A stretch of 27,330 nt of DNA, taken from the IMG/VR virus record IMGVR_UViG_3300009605_004204, positions 1-27,330 of that record; one strand, written 5' to 3'. Both the position numbers and the translations under genes were made by a program. Source of the DNA: a virus (taxonomy: Duplodnaviria; Caudoviricetes). Below are positions 7,255-15,566 of the stretch, one piece after another (within the stretch, counting starts at the first letter, position 1; every line of letters begins with the position of its first letter). The notes under the pieces are model-generated. The model was not told the origin of the DNA. It saw only the letters and a list, made by a program, of their open reading frames with translations, and did no database searches.

Positions 7255-9155
7255 TGCTTTAATTGATCCCTAACTCCCATGAGTTTATCTAGTAATGACA
7301 CACCAAGTATATCAAACTTGACATGTCCCATAGCCTCTAAATCCGTCATCTCCATACCAGCAATTTTGTCAGAACCCTTTTTGTCTCTGACCATAGGACA
7401 AACATCGCTAAGATTGTGAGATGAAATTACCACCCCGGCGGCATGCTTACCTTGAGATTTGAATGTTCCTTCTATACGCATAGCCTGTTCAAATAACTTT
7501 GAGTATTCTCCCTCCAACTCTCCAGAATCGTTAATTCTGCAATAGTCCCTGAGAGAATCCGGCTGATTAATCAAGGCCCATTTAATCACCGATGGCTCAT
7601 CCATATCAATAAGTAGATCGGAGATTTCGTGTTCGTGAGGAAGGCTTTTAGTGATGACATTCATTTCATCAAAAGAACACGCCTCGTTCATCCTCAAGAC
7701 TTCTTTTAAGGCACTCCGTCCCTGCAACCTTCCAAAGGTTACCATCTGGCCAACCTGTTGTGACCCATACTTAGACCTGATATAATTAATTACTTCATCT
7801 CGCTTAGTAGCGGGTACGTCAATATCAATATCTGGCAATGATATATGATCTGATGTGTTGCGCCCAACATTGTAAAACCTCTCAAAGAGAAGACCAAATT
7901 CGATTGGGTCTACTTCTGTAATCCCTACAAGGTACGAGACTAGACATCCCGCTGCCGATCCCCTACCCGGTCCCGGCAACCAGCCGTTTTCTTTAACCTT
8001 GTTAACGATGTCTCTAACGATAAGAAAATAACCAGATAAATTAGCTTGACTGATAACATCCAACTCTTGTTTTACCCTTTCAGCATACATTCCGCTGGAT
8101 TCATCAGGAGCGAGTTTGCCAACAGCTTTCAGACGACTCTTCCAACCATCACGACACAGACTACGAAGAAATTCTTCTTCTTCCACATCGTTTGGGCAGG
8201 GGAATTTTGGAAGCATGGGTTTATTTAGGATGCTGTAATCGTCACACATATCCGCCACCATAACTGAGTTAGCTAGTTCTGCCTCTGTATGAAGATTTTT
8301 CATCTCCTCTAGCGAGGGGATGTGGAAGTTATTTGATTTTAAGAATCCTGAAAACCCTACATTTTCATTGCTCTTGGCTTTGCTTTTGATGTTTCTTAGA
8401 GTTGTTTTCATAGCAGAGCATAGCAAGATGCTATGATCTATCGCGTCTGCCTTGGTTGGATAATGAGAATCGGCAGTAGCTACAGACGGAAACTTATATT
8501 TTTTTGCTACATATCTCAGTCCTTGAGCTACTAGTTTAGCAGCCGGTGAGTTTTCTTCGTCAATACACTGTATCTCGATAAGAAAGTTCTCTTTACCAAA
8601 GATATCCTTATACAAGTTTGCCTTATTAAGAACTTTTAATTCCCAGTCTGGATCAATATATTCCTTAACAACCATCTCAGTCTCTGCGCGATAAGCCTCT
8701 TTGAAATCAGTAAAAATAATGTTTGCCAAATCGCTGCCAAGATGTCCACTAAATGCTATTAGATTTTCATCTGCGTACTCACTCAGTAAATTTAGATCTA
8801 GTCTGGGTTTGAAATAAAACACATCATCGTCATTGCTTCTGGAGGTCGCCTCTATTAACCTATCCCAACCCGACTTATTCTTTGCAAGAACTACGAGATG
8901 ACTTAGTGATCTATTCTCCTTCTCTTGAATCCGACAGTCTTCTTGACTAAGATAGAACTCGCACCCAATGATGGGTTTGATATTCTTTTCTTTCATTGCT
9001 CCTGTAAAAGATACCGCCCCAGAAACTGTGCCATGATCGGTAATCGCACAAGCGTTGTAGCCCAGATTGGCGCACCTAGCTGCTACTTGCTGTGGCTTAG
9101 ACAGACCATCTAACAGGCTGTAGTGTGTGTGCAGGTGTAGTGGAACCCAACTCAT
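7251..9155 (-). CDS. dnaE: DNA polymerase III alpha, N-terminal half (PHP, palm, thumb)
   Basis: PHP 'LHLHTHYSLLDG', 'ITDHG', 'GCEFY', 'ATADSHY'; 'GPGRGSAAGCLVSY', 'LLFERF', catalytic 'PDIDID', 'GKHAAGVVI', 'KFDILG'. Confidence 0.95.
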   Translation of the reverse strand: MSWVPLHLHTHYSLLDGLSKPQQVAARCANLGYNACAITDHGTVSGAVSFTGAMKEKNIKPIIGCEFYLSQEDCRIQEKENRSLSHLVVLAKNKSGWDRLIEATSRSNDDDVFYFKPRLDLNLLSEYADENLIAFSGHLGSDLANIIFTDFKEAYRAETEMVVKEYIDPDWELKVLNKANLYKDIFGKENFLIEIQCIDEENSPAAKLVAQGLRYVAKKYKFPSVATADSHYPTKADAIDHSILLCSAMKTTLRNIKSKAKSNENVGFSGFLKSNNFHIPSLEEMKNLHTEAELANSVMVADMCDDYSILNKPMLPKFPCPNDVEEEEFLRSLCRDGWKSRLKAVGKLAPDESSGMYAERVKQELDVISQANLSGYFLIVRDIVNKVKENGWLPGPGRGSAAGCLVSYLVGITEVDPIEFGLLFERFYNVGRNTSDHISLPDIDIDVPATKRDEVINYIRSKYGSQQVGQMVTFGRLQGRSALKEVLRMNEACSFDEMNVITKSLPHEHEISDLLIDMDEPSVIKWALINQPDSLRDYCRINDSGELEGEYSKLFEQAMRIEGTFKSQGKHAAGVVISSHNLSDVCPMVRDKKGSDKIAGMEMTDLEAMGHVKFDILGVSLLDKLMGVRDQLKQ

Positions 9156-10153
9156 TTTTTCAATTTTCCTCCACCGCTTCCGTAGGTAGAAAGCTTTGTC
9201 AAATTTCCATATTCAGATACAACTTTATTCACGCCCTTCTTCTTGACTTCGTCACGGATAAACTGGCATACGCTCTTGTTGGTCCCCTCCTGATTTTCAC
9301 TAAATTTGCACAGTTTGCGACATTTCCAGTGTCGGTTTTCATCACATAGAAGCTTTGGGCGTTTTGAATTCTTGATGTATTGAAATTTTTTCTTCAAGAT
9401 AGATTCTGCTTTAACATAATCCTGATCATCAAAGCACATGGAAAAGAGGCCACCACTGTTAATGTAGAAGATGCTAACACCGAAATCGTAATCTGGGTAC
9501 ATGTTCTTGAGGGCGTAGTAGTAGAACAGTAGCTGCGTGTCGCTCTGCAAAGATTCGAGAGTCTTCTCTTCACCCGTCGCCCAATTGATACGCTTCCCGG
9601 TTTTGTAGTCAAGGATTTCGTAATATTTTTCATCGTGCTTGACTATTAGATCGACTGTTCCTTTAATGGCCAGTCTGCCTTCAATTTTTTCACCGCCTAT
9701 ATTGTAGCAGTACTTAGCCCAAGGCTCATCTACTTCGAAATCAAAGTACTCTTCAGTGGCAAACACGTTTTGGTTTCTGGGATCCAGCAACCCATCATTA
9801 TATTCTATGGCCTTGTGAACCCATTTGGTACACGTCTTCAGACTGGAGTTGTCTAGATCGACATCTGGTTGGTGGCTGGTATAATACTCAAAAGATTTGG
9901 ATGTAATTTTTTCTATGTTGTCACAATCTTCGAGACTCAATCGGCCTAGCTCATCGTCTGTAAAACTCTTGTTGCCCCTGTTGAGACATAATTTTTTATC
10001 TCCAAGAACCTGAAGAGCCTTATGGGTAATTGTACCCATTAAAGCCTTTTTGTTAGTTTTGTCTTGAAACGACAAGTTATACTGCAAGAAAAACTTTTGC
10101 TCGCAGAAGTCGAGAGTACTAAGACTGCTGCTTCTTAGGTAACATACTATCAT
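9152..10153 (-). CDS. Cas4/AddB-like PD-(D/E)XK exonuclease, probable Fe-S cluster
   Basis: 'LRSSSL...FCEQKFF', 'GTITHKAL', 'KGTVDL...ILDYKTG', 'QLLFY', C-terminal Cys cluster 'KCRKLCKF...VCQ'. Likely start ATG 10153 (MIVCY). Confidence 0.82.
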   Translation of the reverse strand: MIVCYLRSSSLSTLDFCEQKFFLQYNLSFQDKTNKKALMGTITHKALQVLGDKKLCLNRGNKSFTDDELGRLSLEDCDNIEKITSKSFEYYTSHQPDVDLDNSSLKTCTKWVHKAIEYNDGLLDPRNQNVFATEEYFDFEVDEPWAKYCYNIGGEKIEGRLAIKGTVDLIVKHDEKYYEILDYKTGKRINWATGEEKTLESLQSDTQLLFYYYALKNMYPDYDFGVSIFYINSGGLFSMCFDDQDYVKAESILKKKFQYIKNSKRPKLLCDENRHWKCRKLCKFSENQEGTNKSVCQFIRDEVKKKGVNKVVSEYGNLTKLSTYGSGGGKLKK

Positions 10154-10649
10154 GTATATTTTCCAGTTCTTTTTCTTCCATAATATAATTAAGGGGTCCA
10201 TCCCTATACAAACGACGCTTGGGTTTTTTTACAACCTCATCCCTCTTAGCGAAACCGACGATCCAAACATTTGAATAGTCACTCTTGTCAACATAGCATA
10301 GAACGTAATAATCTATTTCCTTGTTCGGTCTGTACGCTGGTACTCTCAGGTAAGGATCTTTCCAATAGGTAGTTGTCTTGACCTCGATGTTTCCGTATCC
10401 CTTGACGGTATTGTCTACACCGGCATCGCCATGTTCTTGAAAAATAGTCTTGTCCATCTCTACGCCAAAAAAATGGGCCACGGCAGCTTCACCTACCGCT
10501 CCAACAATATGCACGTCCTCGGAGCTTTTGTATGTATTGTTGTAACTCTTAGATCCAAACTTTTCCTTTTTGACATCTCTTTGTTTAGCTATTTCCATAG
10601 CCTCTTTAAGTTTCTCTTGTGGTAGATCAATTTTTACCCTATTATTCAT
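10119..10649 (-). CDS. Putative restriction-endonuclease-like PD-(D/E)XK protein
   Basis: 'GAVGEAAVAHFFG...DAGVD...IEVKTT...DYYVL...WIVGF' pattern; GAGG SD favours ATG 10649. Confidence 0.6.
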   Translation of the reverse strand: MNNRVKIDLPQEKLKEAMEIAKQRDVKKEKFGSKSYNNTYKSSEDVHIVGAVGEAAVAHFFGVEMDKTIFQEHGDAGVDNTVKGYGNIEVKTTTYWKDPYLRVPAYRPNKEIDYYVLCYVDKSDYSNVWIVGFAKRDEVVKKPKRRLYRDGPLNYIMEEKELENIHDSMLPKKQQS

Positions 10650-11019
10650 TATCATTTCCTCGTTCATATTTGTCTTCCATCCTAACGATATCATCTTCGG
10701 AACATTCTCCGAACTGCATCTCGTAAACTACCAGATCGATATCTCCTGTGTTTATAAGTTGATGGGCGTCATTTTTTCTAATCTCGATAGTGAATCCCGG
10801 TGCAACCTTCCAGTTGTTTAGGTGATTCCATCTGAGTAAACCCGTGCCCTCTATTACATACCAGAATTCGCTTCTTTTGTTATGCATCTGATATGATATT
10901 TCTTCGCCGGGAAGAATAACTATCTTTTTGAAAACAACTCTATCGCTTCTGAAATAATCTGTATATTCTCCCCAAGGCTTTTTGACGGGGAAAGTATATT
11001 TTATCGATTCTTCTTTCAT
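10642..11019 (-). CDS. Cupin, type II mannose-6-phosphate isomerase C-terminal-like domain
   Basis: 'KPWGEY', 'PGEEISYQMHNKRSEFWYVIEG', 'HQLINTG', 'EMQFGECSEDDIVRMEDKYER' match the PMI domain of ManC/AlgA. Confidence 0.85.
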   Translation of the reverse strand: MKEESIKYTFPVKKPWGEYTDYFRSDRVVFKKIVILPGEEISYQMHNKRSEFWYVIEGTGLLRWNHLNNWKVAPGFTIEIRKNDAHQLINTGDIDLVVYEMQFGECSEDDIVRMEDKYERGNDNE

Positions 11020-11798
11020 TGTCCCACCTTAGACTGCAACCATCCCCACTCTTTGAGAACGTCCATTAAAGCCCTGTTGGCCTCATCCATATTTATGTTA
11101 GCGTTATCAATCACGTGATCATATCCTTCGTATTCATTTGTCAAAGCTGTTTCGCTTTCATGCTCATCGTTATGCGGGCATCTAGTTAATCTGATCACCC
11201 TACCTCCAGCACTTTTTATAGCGTCTACTTCATTAGGAAATCTACAGTCAGAAACAATAGCAAGTTCAGCGTTGCTTTCTTTTATTCTTGTCAGGCAAGA
11301 AGATGTCCACACATCAGATTTAATCGCCCTGCAAACATCAGTTCCAAACAGTTGTAAAAATTCTCTGGCTGTCAAAAACTTATTGTCACCCAAGTCTCTA
11401 TCTAGAAGCTTTTTCATAAACTTTGTCTTTACGACAGTTTTTGTGTTTTTATCCTTGTCAGAACCGTAACATTGCTGTTCTGTAAGTCCAAAGAGATGCA
11501 TGGCCATGAGCTTAAGGGGGTCTGCAAAACTAAAAGCTTTTACGTATGGCCAAACCATCTGTGAGGCATAGTCAACAAACTCGTTATCCAGCCTGAAAAC
11601 ATCCAATACTCCTACGCCCTCCTCTTCGTCGCCCTTTTCATTAGAGGTCACGGCGTTGACAAGCAGATCTCCCTCGTCATTCATCATAAATTTGGTTACG
11701 ACATCGTGAAGCCTGAGTTGATATCCGTGTAAGAAATTTGTGCAAGTGGTCTTTCCACTCTGTTTTGACCCAGATATACCTAGAATTTTCTGATCCAT
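11016..11798 (-). CDS. Deoxynucleoside monophosphate kinase (T4 gp1-like)
   Basis: P-loop 'GISGSKQSGKTT', 'SFADPLK', 'TAREFLQLFGTD', 'VSDCRFPNE', 'HESETAL'. Confidence 0.85.
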   Translation of the reverse strand: MDQKILGISGSKQSGKTTCTNFLHGYQLRLHDVVTKFMMNDEGDLLVNAVTSNEKGDEEEGVGVLDVFRLDNEFVDYASQMVWPYVKAFSFADPLKLMAMHLFGLTEQQCYGSDKDKNTKTVVKTKFMKKLLDRDLGDNKFLTAREFLQLFGTDVCRAIKSDVWTSSCLTRIKESNAELAIVSDCRFPNEVDAIKSAGGRVIRLTRCPHNDEHESETALTNEYEGYDHVIDNANINMDEANRALMDVLKEWGWLQSKVGQ

Positions 11799-12844
11799 TA
11801 TATCATTCCTTTAAGTTGTGGTTTTATTTCTTCGTTTATCTCAGCGACAGTCATTTCTCCGATGTCGCATTTGGAGAACTCAGGACAAATAATGTGGAAC
11901 AGTCTGTCGCATTTATGTATGATAGACTTCTTTGCCTTGTCTCCAGCCTCATCATTGTCTGTGAGAATGACTACGTTCAAAGCCCCGGAGGTCTCAAGGA
12001 TTCTGGCCTGACCATCGCTTAAACTAGACCCAAACATTCCCACTGAGTTTCTTATGCCTGCCTCGTATAGTCTCCAAACATCCCCCTGTCCCTCTACCAG
12101 TATGACAGTTTTTGTTTTTCTTATAGCATCTCTTGATAGCCAGTAGCCATATAAATGAGCACCGGAATTAAAGTGCTTGGAATTTATCCACTTGTTTCCA
12201 TTGCTATTTTCATGTGAGACTCTACCGACACAACCAATCATGAATTTATGGTCATCATCATAAACCGGGGCAACAATTCTGTTTTTCATCTGTTTAGACT
12301 GATCTGTGCAGATTCCAATATCAAAAGCATCCAAGGTTGTTTCTTCATATCCTCTGTCTATATAGTAAGACACGGGTCTAGAGAGTGATTCCCTAACTAG
12401 GCTTCTCCGCACTGAATACTTCGGTTCTGGGGCGACTTGGTAAACCCTTTCAGACAATTCTATGAATTTTTCCAGATTGAAATTTTTACCCTCTGCCTCT
12501 AGTTCTTCTTTTGAAGAAGACGTAAAATTGATTGCAAAATCAATAGCCTCGGAAAAAGGAATCTCTTCTTGTCTTTGCGCCGTTAACAAGCCTCGTATCA
12601 AACCTATTGGAGTTGGTACAAATTTCCGCTCACACCCATGCGTCCAACATCTCCAATATCCAAAATATTGATCTCTAGTTGTAGTTACAGTAAAAGCTTG
12701 TGGGTTGTCTGCTCCATCATGAATCGGACACACGGAAGTGATCCTATCATACTGCTCAAAATATCTCACTCCGAACAGGTCAAACAGATCTGTAATTTTT
12801 TCTGCGACCTTGTTGGATAGAATTATTAGTTCGTTTTTATCCAT
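11798..12844 (-). CDS. dnaG: DNA primase (Zn finger + TOPRIM)
   Basis: 'CPIHDG...WRCWTHGC', 'ILVEGQGDVW', 'LTDNDEAG'; TGATG coupling to the helicase; no C-terminal helicase-binding domain. Confidence 0.9.
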   Translation of the reverse strand: MDKNELIILSNKVAEKITDLFDLFGVRYFEQYDRITSVCPIHDGADNPQAFTVTTTRDQYFGYWRCWTHGCERKFVPTPIGLIRGLLTAQRQEEIPFSEAIDFAINFTSSSKEELEAEGKNFNLEKFIELSERVYQVAPEPKYSVRRSLVRESLSRPVSYYIDRGYEETTLDAFDIGICTDQSKQMKNRIVAPVYDDDHKFMIGCVGRVSHENSNGNKWINSKHFNSGAHLYGYWLSRDAIRKTKTVILVEGQGDVWRLYEAGIRNSVGMFGSSLSDGQARILETSGALNVVILTDNDEAGDKAKKSIIHKCDRLFHIICPEFSKCDIGEMTVAEINEEIKPQLKGMI

Positions 12845-14301
12845 CAAAATGGGCTTTCTTTATCATCCAGATTGTCAATATTAAAACCAGACTCTTTAGT
12901 GTGTGTATTGAATTTGATTTCGTTACGTGTTTCTCTTTCTTCAACTCTAGCCACCTCTCCTTTCATTGACATATTTATATAATCGTAATCATCTAGACCG
13001 GAACCATGCCTGCTTACAATTGGAATCAATTTTCTGTTACCGCTTTCTCCCTGATCTTCTGCTATCTCTTCATCCGACTTTTTCTTAAAGATAGAAAAGC
13101 TACTACAAAGCCAAATTAACCTATCAGATCCGCTAACTACATCCGTACTTTCTTTGGTAATTCCATCTCGATTTAGCTGAACAAAAGCAAGACATGGCAC
13201 ATCGTACTGAACAGTGAAGTTGTGTAGTTGAGTAATTTGAAATCCAAGAACTTGAAACTCTTTCATGCTATCATTTATCTGATTAGAATGCATGAGTTTA
13301 AGATAGTCATAGATGATCATGCAATCTTTCGTTCTTCCGTTTTCGTCATATCCAACATTTTTGACTATCCATCTCCTGATTATAGATAGTGTCTCTTCAA
13401 AAGGCTTTCCGGCAATTGTAATATAGCTAAGTGGAATCTCTTTAAATTTTTGTGCGGCCTGTTGGATTTTTTCTTTGTCACAAGCGCTTGCAGAAAATTT
13501 TCCAGTAGAGATATCATTGATATTAATACCACTAAAATTCCCTAGTATACGATTGAAGTGATCTTCTTTTGACATCTCAGTGTCTAACAGGAGGACGGGC
13601 ACATCTAGATTTGCAGCAATGTTTATAGCAACGTTATCAGCCATCATGCTCTTACCCACCTTGGGCCTAGCCGCTATAAGGTCTACGCATTTTCTCCTAA
13701 AACCACCGCCTATAGCAGTATCGTATCTCAAAAAACCGCTGCTAAGCCCAAGCATGTTGGCGGGATTTTCTTCCAAATAGGTGACATAATCCTCAACCTC
13801 TTCGCCCAGAACAGAGGGCTTGTCTTCCACAGAGTGATTCAAGGCTGTGGACAGGTCAAAAATTGGCCCCTCTGCTATGTTGAGAATTTCATCAATAGAC
13901 TCTTCACCAGTAACATCGCCAATGTCGGAATTTATCTTGCGTATCTTGGTGCGTATGTCTCTTGCTACATCTAGCTTTTTAAGTTTTATTGCATGCTGTC
14001 TAACATTTTCTAATTCGACTTCAAAGCTTGCAATCGCTTTGATATGATCCGAAGAGATTTTTTCGTTGAAAAAATCTTGCAGTCCCAAGTCTTCCGCAGC
14101 ACTTAATACAGAAGGAAGGTCTATGCTAGAACTTTTATTAAGAACACGCTTTAAACAGGCGTATACTATCTGGTTTTCTTCTAGTGTAAAAGTGTCGGTG
14201 TCGATGATATCATCAACATCAATGAATGCATCAGCACCGTGCTGAAAAATTCCCGACAGAACTGCCCTTTCAGAAGCCGGATTGTTGATTGGCTTGACCA
14301 T
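12844..14301 (-). CDS. dnaB: Replicative DNA helicase (SF4, DnaB-like)
   Basis: N-terminal 'SERAVLSGI', Walker A 'AARPKVGKS', 'DTEMS', 'IYDYLKLM', 'VQLNR'. Confidence 0.92.
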   Translation of the reverse strand: MVKPINNPASERAVLSGIFQHGADAFIDVDDIIDTDTFTLEENQIVYACLKRVLNKSSSIDLPSVLSAAEDLGLQDFFNEKISSDHIKAIASFEVELENVRQHAIKLKKLDVARDIRTKIRKINSDIGDVTGEESIDEILNIAEGPIFDLSTALNHSVEDKPSVLGEEVEDYVTYLEENPANMLGLSSGFLRYDTAIGGGFRRKCVDLIAARPKVGKSMMADNVAINIAANLDVPVLLLDTEMSKEDHFNRILGNFSGININDISTGKFSASACDKEKIQQAAQKFKEIPLSYITIAGKPFEETLSIIRRWIVKNVGYDENGRTKDCMIIYDYLKLMHSNQINDSMKEFQVLGFQITQLHNFTVQYDVPCLAFVQLNRDGITKESTDVVSGSDRLIWLCSSFSIFKKKSDEEIAEDQGESGNRKLIPIVSRHGSGLDDYDYINMSMKGEVARVEERETRNEIKFNTHTKESGFNIDNLDDKESPF

Positions 14302-14303
14302 GA

Positions 14304-14702
14304 TTACCTTCTAGAGCATTTGTCACAACGATAAAATTCCCTGCCCTGCATCAAAGATTCGGGAATCTTTTCTACACTGCCGCAAACATGGCACTCGGCA
14401 TCAATTATAGAGGCTCTTGACCTTGTTCTTTCTGTGAGTTTTATTTGCGGGGTTTCAATATCTGTTGCATCGCTATTGTCATCTAAAAACTGATTTTCTC
14501 CAGCGTGTATCGGCTCTGTTCTCGCTATTCGAGTTTTTCCCGTCGATGTGTTTTGAGCGGGAGCTATAAAATCTTCTTGCGGATCGGGAGCTTGGTCAAC
14601 CTTCGATAACGATTCTCCGGTCAGATTTTCAAAGCCTTCAGTCACTAGACTCATATCGTTGCTTAATATCCCAGATCTAATTTTATCCAAAGGACTTTTC
14701 AT
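14304..14702 (-). CDS. Hypothetical protein with C-terminal zinc ribbon
   Basis: CHVC...CDKC; ATGA coupling upstream; 2 nt from the dnaB start. Confidence 0.7.
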   Translation of the reverse strand: MKSPLDKIRSGILSNDMSLVTEGFENLTGESLSKVDQAPDPQEDFIAPAQNTSTGKTRIARTEPIHAGENQFLDDNSDATDIETPQIKLTERTRSRASIIDAECHVCGSVEKIPESLMQGREFYRCDKCSRR

Positions 14703-15181
14703 GAATATGTTTTCCTTTTGCTCAGTTCCATTAATGTGTCGGCCATTTTTCTCATGTCTCTAATTTTATCTGTTAACCAAATAACTCTAGCTTCTGAGAC
14801 AAGCTTTGCTTCGAATATTTTCTTAACGAATTCATCCTGCTCTACAACAGTGTAATACTTTTGCTCCCACTTCATATACTTACTAAAGGAGTCTGCTTGT
14901 TTGGCCACCATCCTGTTTATCTGACTATCGCACCAGTATAGTTTGACTTGATGCCTGTTGAAAACCGACTGAACGTAATTGCAGTATGCGTATAGACAGT
15001 AGGCTTTTTCGCAGCAGTCTTCAGAAGATAGGGTTTTTAGTTCGATTCCGGTGAGGTTTAGTACAGCTTCAACCTCTGGATTTATCTGGATTCGTTGAAC
15101 GTCTTCTCCTATGATATAGGAGTCAATAGATTTGACAAAGCTGTCCAACTCATCTGTTGAGAATTTCTGTTTTCCATTCAT
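14699..15181 (-). CDS. Hypothetical helical protein (possible UvsY-like mediator)
   Basis: Helical/coiled-coil character, size and position two genes from recA. Start 15181 or 15187 after AGGTGA. Function is inference. Confidence 0.6.
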   Translation of the reverse strand: MNGKQKFSTDELDSFVKSIDSYIIGEDVQRIQINPEVEAVLNLTGIELKTLSSEDCCEKAYCLYAYCNYVQSVFNRHQVKLYWCDSQINRMVAKQADSFSKYMKWEQKYYTVVEQDEFVKKIFEAKLVSEARVIWLTDKIRDMRKMADTLMELSKRKTYS

Positions 15182-15566
15182 CGTCATCACCTGTGTATTT
15201 TAAGGTAACAATATCAATCTTGTTCAGTCTGCACCAGCGTATCTTATCTCTATCTCTCGCCTGAGATTTATAGAAACCACTTTTTGTTTTATGGTAGAAA
15301 TCAACGAACTCATAATGTTGTCTGCCGTGAACTTCTACTATAAGATTTCTTGAGGGTATAAAAAAATCGGCAAACAAAATTGAAGGCCGGGTGGTGGTGT
15401 TGCTGCCGGGGAGAGAAACTTCTTCCAATATTATATCACGCCGGAACAGATCACGCAAGATTAATCTTGTTCTTTTGTGAAGTTTAGATTGTCTCCCCCT
15501 CTTTGCTTTACTCTTTTTAGGAAACCTCCATTTTTTTTCTCTACCGTCGAAACCAGTAACAATCAA
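15150..15566 (-). CDS. Vsr/DUF559-like endonuclease
   Basis: 'ADFFIPSRNLIVEVHGRQHY...QARDRDKIRWCRLNKIDIV'; TTGA overlap with the recA stop. Confidence 0.75.
   Translation of the reverse strand: MIVTGFDGREKKWRFPKKSKAKRGRQSKLHKRTRLILRDLFRRDIILEEVSLPGSNTTTRPSILFADFFIPSRNLIVEVHGRQHYEFVDFYHKTKSGFYKSQARDRDKIRWCRLNKIDIVTLKYTGDDDEWKTEILNR

Noticed and set aside
9394-9633. Nested alternative-frame minus ORFs (also 20918-21205, 21542-21754, 22850-23062)
   Set aside because: They lie mostly or entirely inside conserved genes, with no motifs or SD support.
9152-10153. CRISPR-Cas system suggested by the Cas4-like gene
   Set aside because: No repeats or other cas genes; solo Cas4/AddB-like nucleases are common in phage replication regions.
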